The notes beneath the pieces are model-generated. The model was not told the DNA's origin. It made no database searches and saw only the letters and a list, made by a program, of their open reading frames with translations. A stretch of 18,642 nt of DNA from Armatimonadota bacterium (GTDB taxonomy: Bacteria > Sysuimicrobiota > Sysuimicrobiia > Sysuimicrobiales > Humicultoraceae): assembly GCA_037443365.1 (NCBI GenBank), contig JBBIOM010000035.1, positions 1,284 to 19,925 on the forward strand. Reading direction: 5' to 3'. Shown piece after piece: positions 9,200 through 16,977 of the stretch. The translations under genes were made by a program, and so were the position numbers. Positions within the stretch are counted from its first letter, which is position 1. The number at the start of each line of letters is the position of its first letter.

Positions 9200-9922
9200 A
9201 TGGATGCACGGCTTCACCCGACGCTGGCGGCGCTGCGCGGGGGGCTTATCGTCTCGTGCCAGGCGCGGCCGGATAACCCCCTACATGGCGCGGTGTTCAT
9301 GGCGGCGATGGCGCGGGCCGCCTCACAGGCCGGCGCGCTGGGGCTGCGGATGAACGGGCCCGCGGAGGTGCGCGCCGCCCGCGAGGTCACCGGGCTCCCC
9401 ATCATAGGGCTGTACAAGCGCGCGTATGACGGAAGCCCGGTCGTCATCACGCCCACCTTCGCCGAGGCCGAGGCGATGGCCGCCGCAGGGGCGGCCGTCA
9501 TCGCGCTGGACGCCACCGCCCGGCCGCGGCCCGGCGGGGTGAGGCTCGACGGGCTGATCGAGCGCATCCACGTCGAGCTCGGCCTGCCGGTGCTGGCGGA
9601 CGTCGCCCAACTCGAGGACGGCCTGGGGGCCCAGGCCGCGGGCGCCGACGCGGTGGCGACCACGCTCGCGGGCTATGTGATGGAGGGAGCGCCGCCCCCA
9701 GAAGATCCCGACCTGGACCTGGTTGAGGAGCTGGCCAGGGCGCTGCGCGTACCGGTAGTCGCCGAGGGGCGCATCAAGACCCCGGCGCAGGCGCGCGAGG
9801 CCCTGGAGCGCGGAGCCTTCGCCGTGGTCGTGGGCACCGCCATCACCAATCCTCGGGAGATCGCGCGGGGGTTCGTCCGCGCGCTCGCCGGTTCTCCCGG
9901 CGAGCGTGCGCCGCAGGTATAA
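9200..9922 (+). CDS. nanE: N-acetylmannosamine-6-phosphate 2-epimerase
   Basis: Motifs GGLIVSCQA, MAAMARAA..AGA.GLR.NG, LPIIGLYK (catalytic Lys), ITPT, IALDATARPRP, TTLAGY, AEGRIKTP and VVGTAITNP. AAGGGGG precedes ATG 9200. Confidence 0.95.
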   Translation: MDARLHPTLAALRGGLIVSCQARPDNPLHGAVFMAAMARAASQAGALGLRMNGPAEVRAAREVTGLPIIGLYKRAYDGSPVVITPTFAEAEAMAAAGAAVIALDATARPRPGGVRLDGLIERIHVELGLPVLADVAQLEDGLGAQAAGADAVATTLAGYVMEGAPPPEDPDLDLVEELARALRVPVVAEGRIKTPAQAREALERGAFAVVVGTAITNPREIARGFVRALAGSPGERAPQV

Positions 9923-9979
9923 CAGCCCCGCGAACGGTAGTACTTCTGTAGCGCAGGACCAGAGGAGGTGCGTGAAGTG

Positions 9980-11236
9980 ATGCGACGGTTGTGCACGGCA
10001 GCAATCGCGGTGGCCATGCTTGCCGCGTTCTTCCCGGCGGGCGCCCTCGGTCAGGAATCCGCCAAGCTCACCTTCTGGAGCTGGCGCACCGAGGACAAGT
10101 GGGCCTACGACCGCATGATCCGGTTGTTCCAGCAGCGCAACCCCGGGATAAGAATCGAGTTCATTCCCTTCCGCGCGCCCGAGTACGCGACGATCCTCTC
10201 GACCGGGCTGACCGCGGGACGCGGTCCCGACATCATCCATCTGAGGGCGTACGGGGGCCTCGAGACGTTCGCGGCGCCGGGGTTCATCGCACCGCTGGAC
10301 TTCAACATGGTCCCCGAGCTCAAGAGGTTCCCGCTGCAGACCATTGCGGGCGCGCGCAGCCGCAAGGACGGGCGCATCTACGGCGTGCCGTTCGCCACGC
10401 AGACCCTTGTGATCTTCTACAACAAGCGCATCTTCGCGCAACACAACCTGACGGTGCCCAAGACCTGGGACGAGTTCCTGGGGGTGATGCGCGCCCTCAA
10501 GGACAAGGGGGTCGTCCCGCTGGCCAACGGCGGCAAGGAGGGCTGGACGCTCGAGGTGCTCTCGGGTGTTGTCGCGCCCAACTTCTACGGCGGGACCACG
10601 TTCTTCGAGGCGGTCACGCGCGGGCAGACGACCTTCAAGGAGGCCGCCTACACCAACGCCCTGGCCAAGATGCTGGAGCTGCGGCCCTACATGCCCACCG
10701 GCTTCATGGGCGTGGACTACGCCACGATGCAGCAGATGTTCATAGCCGAGCAGGCGGCGATGTTCATCGGCGGGTCGTGGGAGATCGGGTTCTTCAAGGC
10801 GCAGAACAAGAATCTCGACTTCGGCGTCTTCCCCGGGCCGCCGGAGAGGGCCGACCAGATCCCGTGGGTATCGTCGTACGCCGACGGCAACTACGGCATC
10901 AACGCCAAGACGCCCCACATGGAGGCGGCGCTCAAGTTCATCCGCTTCACCGCCACGCTGGAGTTCGGGCAGATGTTCACCGATCTGCTGGCGCAGATGT
11001 CGGCCGTGCCAGGCGTCGCGGTCCGTAACCCCCAGTTGCAGCAGGTACAGGCGATGAACCGCAAGGCGACGCCCTACATCATGCTCGTGGGGTTCCGCTG
11101 GCAGGCGCCGACCGGCTCCACGCTGTTGCAGAGCGCGCTGCAGGGCATGATGGCCGGCACGCTGACGCCGGCGCAGGTAGGCGATGAGGTGACGCGCGGG
11201 CTGAGTGCCTGGGTTGACGCGTTCCGCGGACGCTAG
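9980..11236 (+). CDS. Carbohydrate ABC transporter extracellular solute-binding protein (family 1)
   Basis: Signal peptide, then LTFWSW, GPDI, DGRIYGVP, IFYNKRIF, PKTWDEF and AAMFIGGSW. GAGGAGG SD at 9962-9968; start is GTG 9977 or ATG 9980. Confidence 0.95.
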   Translation: MRRLCTAAIAVAMLAAFFPAGALGQESAKLTFWSWRTEDKWAYDRMIRLFQQRNPGIRIEFIPFRAPEYATILSTGLTAGRGPDIIHLRAYGGLETFAAPGFIAPLDFNMVPELKRFPLQTIAGARSRKDGRIYGVPFATQTLVIFYNKRIFAQHNLTVPKTWDEFLGVMRALKDKGVVPLANGGKEGWTLEVLSGVVAPNFYGGTTFFEAVTRGQTTFKEAAYTNALAKMLELRPYMPTGFMGVDYATMQQMFIAEQAAMFIGGSWEIGFFKAQNKNLDFGVFPGPPERADQIPWVSSYADGNYGINAKTPHMEAALKFIRFTATLEFGQMFTDLLAQMSAVPGVAVRNPQLQQVQAMNRKATPYIMLVGFRWQAPTGSTLLQSALQGMMAGTLTPAQVGDEVTRGLSAWVDAFRGR

Positions 11237-11270
11237 CCGGGCGGGGTCTGTCCGCCGCCGCGGCCTGAGC

Positions 11271-12182
11271 ATGCGCGCCGGCCGGCGCCTGTGGCTGATC
11301 TTCTTCCTGGCGCCGGCCGTGGTGCTGTTTGCCGCGTTCGTAACCTATCCCATCCTCTCGGCGCTGGCCTACAGCCTCTACGCCTGGGAGGGCATCGGCC
11401 GGCGCGGCTTCGACGGGCTCGGCAACTTCATCCGCCTGTTCACCACCTTTCCGTATCCGCGCCTGCTCGTAAACGCGTTCTGGCACAACGTGCTGGTCTT
11501 CGTCCTGACGATGGTGATCCAGAACCTGACCGGGCTGGCGCTGGCGCTCATCCTTGCCCGCAACCCGTGGGGCGCGCGGGCGTACCGGGCGATATTCTTC
11601 CTGCCGGTGACGCTGTCGCTCGTGATCGTGGGGTTCCTCTGGGCGCTCTTCCTCAACCCGGTCTTCGGCGTGATCAACAAGATGCTGGGGGCGGCCGGGC
11701 TTGGCGCGCTTGCGCGGCCGTGGCTGGGGGAGCCAGCGACCGCGCTCGTCACCCTGACACTGGTCAACGCGTGGCGGTGGGTGGGCTTCCCCACGATCGT
11801 GTTCCTGGCCGGGATCAACGCGATCCCCGACGACTACCTGGAGGCGGCGCGCCTGGACGGCGCCAGCGAGTGGGAAGTGACCCGACGGGTCGTCCTGCCG
11901 CTGCTGGCGCCGGCGGTGACGATCATCGTCATCCTCACGTTCATCGGGTCGTTCAACTGGTTCGAGCTGCCCTACGTTGTGCAGGGCGTCTCGGGCGCGC
12001 CCAACAGGGCCACCGACGTGCTGGGACTGCTCTTCTACCGCACCGCCTTCGGCGAGGTGGACACCGGGCTCCAGGACATCGGCGTGGGCTCCGCGATCGC
12101 GGTGCTGATGTTCCTGGCGCTCGTGATCGTCTCGACCGCGGGCGCGGTCTTCCTGCGGCGGCGCGAGGTCGAGATGGGATGA
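11271..12182 (+). CDS. Carbohydrate ABC transporter permease (MalF/UgpA-like)
   Basis: GLGNF, FFLPVTLS, WRWVGF and EAA motif YLEAARLDGASEW, with multiple TM helices. Start is approximate. Confidence 0.93.
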   Translation: MRAGRRLWLIFFLAPAVVLFAAFVTYPILSALAYSLYAWEGIGRRGFDGLGNFIRLFTTFPYPRLLVNAFWHNVLVFVLTMVIQNLTGLALALILARNPWGARAYRAIFFLPVTLSLVIVGFLWALFLNPVFGVINKMLGAAGLGALARPWLGEPATALVTLTLVNAWRWVGFPTIVFLAGINAIPDDYLEAARLDGASEWEVTRRVVLPLLAPAVTIIVILTFIGSFNWFELPYVVQGVSGAPNRATDVLGLLFYRTAFGEVDTGLQDIGVGSAIAVLMFLALVIVSTAGAVFLRRREVEMG

Positions 12183-13006
12183 GCCGCCACTCGCGGTGGA
12201 TGCCGCTGATGCAGGCAGCGTTGCTGGCCAACGCCTTCCTGGTGCTGGCACCGATGCTCTTCATGGGCCTCTCGGCGTTCAAGACCACGCGCGAGATCTT
12301 CCAGCATCCGTTGGGGCTCCCGGAGATATGGAGCCTCGACAACTTCAGCCGGGTCTGGGTGGAGGCGCGCTTCGCCCGCTACATCCAGAACAGCGTAATC
12401 GTTACCGCGGCCTCGGTGGCGATCATCCTGGCGTTGGGGGCGATGGCGAGCTACGCGCTGGGACGGCACAGGTTCCGCGGCAACGACTTCCTCTACCTGT
12501 ACTTCCTGAGCGGCCTGATGCTGCCGATCCGGCTGGCGATCATTCCGCTGTTCATCCTGATGCGCAACCTGGGCCTGCTGGACACGCTGTGGTCGCTCAT
12601 CCTTATATACGCGGCCTCGGGCCTGCCCAGCGCTATCTTCATCCTGACCGGGTTCTTCCGCACGCTGCCGGCCGACCTCGACAGCGCGGCGCGCATCGAC
12701 GGCGCAGGCGAGTGGACGATCTTCGCGCGCGTGATGCTCCCGCTGGTGCGCCCGGCGCTGGTGATCGTGACCGTGTACAACCTGATCCCGATCTGGAACG
12801 ACTTCTTCTTCCCGCTGGTCTTCATCCAGTCGGACCACCTCAAGACGCTCCCGCTGGGGATGACCGCCTTCTTCGGGCAGTACTACACCGATTGGGCCAC
12901 GCTCTTCGCCGGGCTCACGCTGGCCGCGGTCCCGGTCGTGGCGCTCTACGTGATGCTCTCGGCGCACTTCATCCGCGGACTGACGGCAGGAGCGGTGAAG
13001 GGATAG
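12179..13006 (+). CDS. Carbohydrate ABC transporter permease (MalG/UgpE-like)
   Basis: ATGA overlap with the previous permease. EAA-like LDSAARIDGAGEW, WNDFFFPL, and C-terminal FIRGLTAGAVKG. Confidence 0.95.
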   Translation: MSRHSRWMPLMQAALLANAFLVLAPMLFMGLSAFKTTREIFQHPLGLPEIWSLDNFSRVWVEARFARYIQNSVIVTAASVAIILALGAMASYALGRHRFRGNDFLYLYFLSGLMLPIRLAIIPLFILMRNLGLLDTLWSLILIYAASGLPSAIFILTGFFRTLPADLDSAARIDGAGEWTIFARVMLPLVRPALVIVTVYNLIPIWNDFFFPLVFIQSDHLKTLPLGMTAFFGQYYTDWATLFAGLTLAAVPVVALYVMLSAHFIRGLTAGAVKG

Positions 13007-13032
13007 CCGGGACGGCCGAGGGGTGATGAAGA

Positions 13033-13863
13033 ATGAAGACAGGGGTCTGCGCGTGGATCTACGGCGATGCGCCCCTTGACGAGACGCTGGGTCGGATCGC
13101 GGCGGCGGGATACGACGGGGTCGAGCTGCCGGGCGAGCCCGACAGGTGGCCTCCAGGGGAAGTGCGGAGGGCCCTGGCTCGCCACAACCTGGCCCCGCTT
13201 GCGCTGACCGCGTCGTGCATGTTCCCGCAGACCCCGCGCGACCTGGCCAACCCTGATCCCGCGATCCGCGACCAGGCCGCGCGCTACGTCGCGGACTGCC
13301 TGCGCTTCGCGGCCCAGGTGGGCGCGCCGCTCGTGCAGATGCTGCCCTCGGGCGAGACGCGCCTGCGCCCTGTTGCCTCGCGCGAGGACGAGTGGCGGTG
13401 GTCGGTCGAGGCGATGCGAAGCGTCGTGCCCGAGGCCGAGCGGTTGGGCGTTCGGATCGCGATTGAGCCGCTGAACAGGTATGAGGCATATCTTGTGACG
13501 ACAACGCAGGACGCCCTGGCGTACCTCGACGAGGTGGGCTCACCGTGGGTCGGCATGACCCTCGACACGTTCCACGCCAACATCGAGGAGCAGAGCATCC
13601 CGGGAGCGATCCGGGCAGCCGGGAGGCGCCTGTTCCACTTCCACCTGGGCGACAGCAACCGCCAGGCCCTGGGGCGCGGGCACCTCGACCTGCCAGCGAT
13701 CATGGGGGCGCTCCGCGCTACCGGCTACGGCGGTGCGGCGGTTCTCGAAGTCACACCCCCCGGGCCCGATCCGTTCCAGTCGATCAAGGACGCCCGGTCA
13801 CGCGAAGTGCTCGACGCGTACCTGGCAGAGTCGCTGGCGAGGCTGCGGGCCTGCGCCGGCTGA
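13033..13863 (+). CDS. Sugar phosphate isomerase/epimerase, TIM barrel (D-tagatose/D-psicose 3-epimerase-, FrlC-like)
   Basis: GYDGVEL, EPLNRYE, LDTFHANIEE, HLGDSNR..LGRGHLD and VLEV give the full E/D/H/E metal set. Confidence 0.9.
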   Translation: MKTGVCAWIYGDAPLDETLGRIAAAGYDGVELPGEPDRWPPGEVRRALARHNLAPLALTASCMFPQTPRDLANPDPAIRDQAARYVADCLRFAAQVGAPLVQMLPSGETRLRPVASREDEWRWSVEAMRSVVPEAERLGVRIAIEPLNRYEAYLVTTTQDALAYLDEVGSPWVGMTLDTFHANIEEQSIPGAIRAAGRRLFHFHLGDSNRQALGRGHLDLPAIMGALRATGYGGAAVLEVTPPGPDPFQSIKDARSREVLDAYLAESLARLRACAG

Positions 13864-13894
13864 AGCCAGGGCTGAACGAGGAGGAGAGAGCACC

Positions 13895-14737
13895 GTGCGC
13901 ATCTACATCTCAGTGGACATGGAAGGGGTAACCGGCGTCGCGGCCGGAAAGCACGTGCAGCCGGGCGAGAAGGACTATGACCGCTTCCGCCGCCTGATGA
14001 CGCAGGACGTGAACGCCGCGATCGAGGGCGCGCTCGAAGCCGGCGCGACCGAGGTCGTGGTCAGCGACGGGCACGGCCCGATGACCAACCTGCTGCTGGA
14101 GGAGCTGCACGCCGACGCGCGCCTGATTAGCGGCAGCACGAAGCTGCTCGGGCAGATGGAGGGCATTGACGGCGGGTTCGACGCGGCGTTCTTCGTGGGG
14201 TATCACCAGCGCGAGGGCGGCGGCGACGGGATCCTGAACCACACGCTCATAGGCAAGGTCGTCTACGAGGTGCGGCTGAACGGCGAGCCCTCGGACGAGG
14301 CCGCGATCAACGCGGCCATCGCCGGCGCCTTCGGCGTGCCGGTCGCCCTGGTCACCGGCGACGGCGCGGTGTGCGCGGACGCCCTGCGCCGCCTGCCCGG
14401 CGTGGTGGTCGCGCCGGTGAAGGAGGCCCTCGACCGCATGGTCGGGCTGAGCCTGACCCCGACGCGCGCGCACGCGCTCATCCGCGCGCGCGCCGCCGAG
14501 GCGGTGCGCGCGGTAAGGGACGGCGGTGTGGGGCCGTACCGGCCCGCGCCGCCGGTTGTCTTCGAGGTGGACTTCAAGCGCACCGCGCCGGCGCACATGG
14601 CCACGCTGTTCCCGGGGGTGGAGCGCCCGGGCCCGCGGACCATAAGGATAAGCGACCCCGACTACCTGCGCGCGTTCAAGCTGCTCTGGGGATGCCTGAT
14701 CGTGGGGATGGCATCCTCGGAAGGGCTGTTCGGGTGA
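13895..14737 (+). CDS. M55 family metallopeptidase (DppA-like D-aminopeptidase), copy 1
   Basis: IYISVDMEG, DVNAAIEGA..AGA.EVVVSDGHG.M.NL, VGYH, LNHT and VTGD. GAGGAGG SD before GTG 13895. Confidence 0.93.
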   Translation: MRIYISVDMEGVTGVAAGKHVQPGEKDYDRFRRLMTQDVNAAIEGALEAGATEVVVSDGHGPMTNLLLEELHADARLISGSTKLLGQMEGIDGGFDAAFFVGYHQREGGGDGILNHTLIGKVVYEVRLNGEPSDEAAINAAIAGAFGVPVALVTGDGAVCADALRRLPGVVVAPVKEALDRMVGLSLTPTRAHALIRARAAEAVRAVRDGGVGPYRPAPPVVFEVDFKRTAPAHMATLFPGVERPGPRTIRISDPDYLRAFKLLWGCLIVGMASSEGLFG

Positions 14738-14750
14738 GCCGGCGCCGCGC

Positions 14751-15575
14751 CTAGCCGCGGTGCCAGAACGCGTCCCAGGCCTGCCAGAAGGTCTCTCCGG
14801 CGGCGCGCACGGTGCGCGCCCCGATCACCTCGACGCCGGCGCGGCCGCGGTATGCCTCTGCCCGGTCCGGGGTGGTGAGTTCGACCTGGAAGGTCACGGG
14901 GGCAGGGAACCGCAGTGGAGCGGGCCACGCCGGCCGGTGCGACAGGGCCTCCCGAGCCCCTGATTCTATCAGCGCGCGCGCCTCAGAAGGTGGGAGGTGC
15001 CGCGCGGAGTAGCGGCCCAGCCCCTTCTTCACCGGCGCGGCTATCAGGCCCGTACCGAGCAGGGAGCGGGCCTCGCGGCATGTCGCCTCGTCCCCTGAGA
15101 CAAAGACAACCGGCGTGCCCCAGCAGCCCGCGATCGCGGCCATGATCCCTGACTCGCCGACCGTGGTCCCGTTGATCGTGGCCGCGTACCAGGACTCAGA
15201 AGACACGGTGTGCGCGAGAACGCCGTCACCAGTGCCGGCCATGGCGTGCGCGGCCACGAGCAGGACGGCGTCGCACCCCTGCTCGAACGGCTCGACGTGG
15301 CGCGTCCAGGTGTGCCCGAGCACGTAGCGGGCGCCGGGCTCGAGGCGCTCGGGGACCAGGCTCAGGAAGCCGCGCGCTCCTGGATGGCTGCCGCCGTGCC
15401 CGTCAATCACCACGATCTCCTCGGCCCCCGCTGCCCTGCAGCCGCGCACCGCGGCGTTGACCTCCTCGGTGTAGAGACGCCGCCCCTCCTCGTAGAGCGG
15501 CAGAGAGCCCCCTACCTGCTCCCAGGTGGAGATGCCGGCCACTCCTTCCATGTCGGCCCAGATGACGACGCGCAT
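14751..15575 (-). CDS. M55 family metallopeptidase (DppA-like D-aminopeptidase), copy 2
   Basis: IWADMEGVAGI, EVNAAVRG, IDGHG, AAHAMAGT.DGVLAHT, GESG and VSGD. GAGGTG SD before ATG 15575. Confidence 0.92.
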   Translation of the reverse strand: MRVVIWADMEGVAGISTWEQVGGSLPLYEEGRRLYTEEVNAAVRGCRAAGAEEIVVIDGHGGSHPGARGFLSLVPERLEPGARYVLGHTWTRHVEPFEQGCDAVLLVAAHAMAGTGDGVLAHTVSSESWYAATINGTTVGESGIMAAIAGCWGTPVVFVSGDEATCREARSLLGTGLIAAPVKKGLGRYSARHLPPSEARALIESGAREALSHRPAWPAPLRFPAPVTFQVELTTPDRAEAYRGRAGVEVIGARTVRAAGETFWQAWDAFWHRG

Positions 15576-15613
15576 GGCTTCACCTCGCGGAATCTTGTGA
15601 GACCCCAGCATGG

Positions 15614-15638
15614 GTTCGGGCGGATGGGGAGTATTCCT
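15614..15638 (-). promoter_or_regulatory. Putative sigmaH-type promoter (AGGA-N17-GAAC) upstream of M55 copy 2
   Basis: Minus strand reads CAAGGA ATACTCCCCATCCGCCC GAAC, between the tRNA 3' end and ATG 15575. Confidence 0.45.
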
Positions 15639-15658
15639 TGCGATCCCTGGAAAGTTGC

Positions 15659-15734
15659 TGGTGGCCCCAGGGGGATTCGAACCCCCGTTTCGGCCTTGAG
15701 AGGGCCGCGTCCTGGTCCCCTAGACGATGGGGCC
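15659..15734 (-). tRNA. tRNA-Glu, anticodon CUC
   Basis: GGCCCCA TCGTCTAGGGGACCAGGACG CGGCC CT-CTC-AA GGCCG AAAC GGGGG TTCGAAT CCCCC TGGGGCC A CCA. This is 76 nt with a full cloverleaf and encoded CCA. Confidence 0.98.
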
Positions 15735-15775
15735 ACGCCTGCGGTGCTTGCGCCGGGGGACCAGCCGGCCGGTTC

Positions 15776-15804
15776 ATTATACGGGCGGAGCGGGTGTACG
15801 GCAA
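15776..15804 (-). promoter_or_regulatory. Sigma70/sigmaA promoter for tRNA-Glu: TTGCCG-N17-TATAAT
   Basis: -35 at 15804-15799, perfect -10 at 15781-15776, 17-nt spacer. A GC-rich discriminator (GAACCGGCCGGC) follows, 41 nt upstream of the tRNA. Confidence 0.85.
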
Positions 15805-16952
15805 CACACCGTCTCGCCAGACACCACCGTCTGGAGAACCTCGAAGCGCCCCTCCTGGTCCTGCCGCAGCAGCACGAGATCGGCGGGCGCTCCCTCCTCC
15901 AGCGCGCCGGCCTCGACCCCGAGCAGAAGCGCAGGGTTCGTGCTGGCCATCGCAACGGCCTCGGCCAGTGTGACGCCGGCGAACGACATCACCTTCCCGA
16001 GCGCGGAAACCAGGTCCAGGGCCGAGCCGGCAAGGTAGGGCGTGCCCGCCAGGTTGATGCGTTGGTCTGCGGTCAGGACAACGCGCTGCCCGAGCCAGGC
16101 GTGCTCGCCCGGGGGCATCCCGGCCAGGGCCACGGCATCGCTGACCAGTATGATTCGCTCCACACCCTTCGCCCGCACGAAGGCCTTGATGACCGACGAC
16201 GGCAGGTGGTGTCCATCCGCAATGATGCTGGCCGAGAGCTCGTCGGCCGCCAGCTGCTCCCATATGTAGTTGGGATGGCGCGGGAGCAGCGCGTGCGAGC
16301 CGTTGCCCAGGTGCGTAGAGAGCCGCGCGCCAGCGGCGACCGCGGCACGTATGATCTCGGGGGACGCGGCGGTGTGCCCGATGGCCGCGATCACGCCCGA
16401 TGCCACCAGCCGGCCAATGAATGGGATCGCCCCCGGCGCCTCGGGCGCCAGCGTGACGATCCGGATCCGGCCCTCCGCCGCCTCCTGGAACGCCTCGAAC
16501 TCCTCCCAATCGGGTGGGCGGACGTGCTCGCGCGGGTGCGCTCCGCGCGGGCCGTCTTCCGGCGAGATGTAAGGACCCTCGACGTGCACGCCGGGCACCG
16601 CGTACGCCACCTGTGGCTCGCTTCGGCAGGCCATTGCCAGGGCGCGCAGCGCGCGCGTCATGTGTTCGCGGCTCTGCGTGCAGACCGTGGGGCAGAAGCG
16701 CGTCACCCCCACCGAGTGCAACTCGCGCACCAGGCGGGCCACACCGGATACGTCGGGATCGGCCGCGTTCAGATCGGTGCCAGCAAATCCGTTGATCTGG
16801 AGGTCCACCAGGCCTGGAATCAGCCAGAGGCCCTGCGGGACCGCGTGTTCTGGCAGGGCGGTGACGCGGGCGATCCGCTCGCCGGCGGCTGCAACCTCGA
16901 CCGGCACTCCTCGCGCCGGATCGCGCCCGCTCATCACGACGGTGGCTGTCAT
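15777..16952 (-). CDS. nagA: N-acetylglucosamine-6-phosphate deacetylase
   Basis: Motifs PGLVDLQINGFAG, HVEGPYIS, GAH, TLAPE, IGHT, THLGNG, IADGHHL, LVSDA, LAGS and NPA. GGGGG precedes ATG 16952. Confidence 0.92.
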   Translation of the reverse strand: MTATVVMSGRDPARGVPVEVAAAGERIARVTALPEHAVPQGLWLIPGLVDLQINGFAGTDLNAADPDVSGVARLVRELHSVGVTRFCPTVCTQSREHMTRALRALAMACRSEPQVAYAVPGVHVEGPYISPEDGPRGAHPREHVRPPDWEEFEAFQEAAEGRIRIVTLAPEAPGAIPFIGRLVASGVIAAIGHTAASPEIIRAAVAAGARLSTHLGNGSHALLPRHPNYIWEQLAADELSASIIADGHHLPSSVIKAFVRAKGVERIILVSDAVALAGMPPGEHAWLGQRVVLTADQRINLAGTPYLAGSALDLVSALGKVMSFAGVTLAEAVAMASTNPALLLGVEAGALEEGAPADLVLLRQDQEGRFEVLQTVVSGETVCCRTPAPPV

Positions 16953-16977
16953 CGCGATACCCCCGGCCCCGCCGCCG

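Noticed and set aside
9918-9923. TATAAC at the nanE stop as an internal promoter for the SBP
   Set aside because: It lacks the conserved final T, and there is no -35 or extended -10 at a suitable spacing.
11291-12178. Apparent long N-terminal extension or fusion on the second permease (571-aa ORF)
   Set aside because: It is an alternate frame of the first permease. The real start is the ATGA overlap at 12179.
15659-15734. tRNA-Glu as integration site of a genomic island
   Set aside because: No integrase, no duplicated tRNA 3' end spotted in the window, and no obvious compositional shift.
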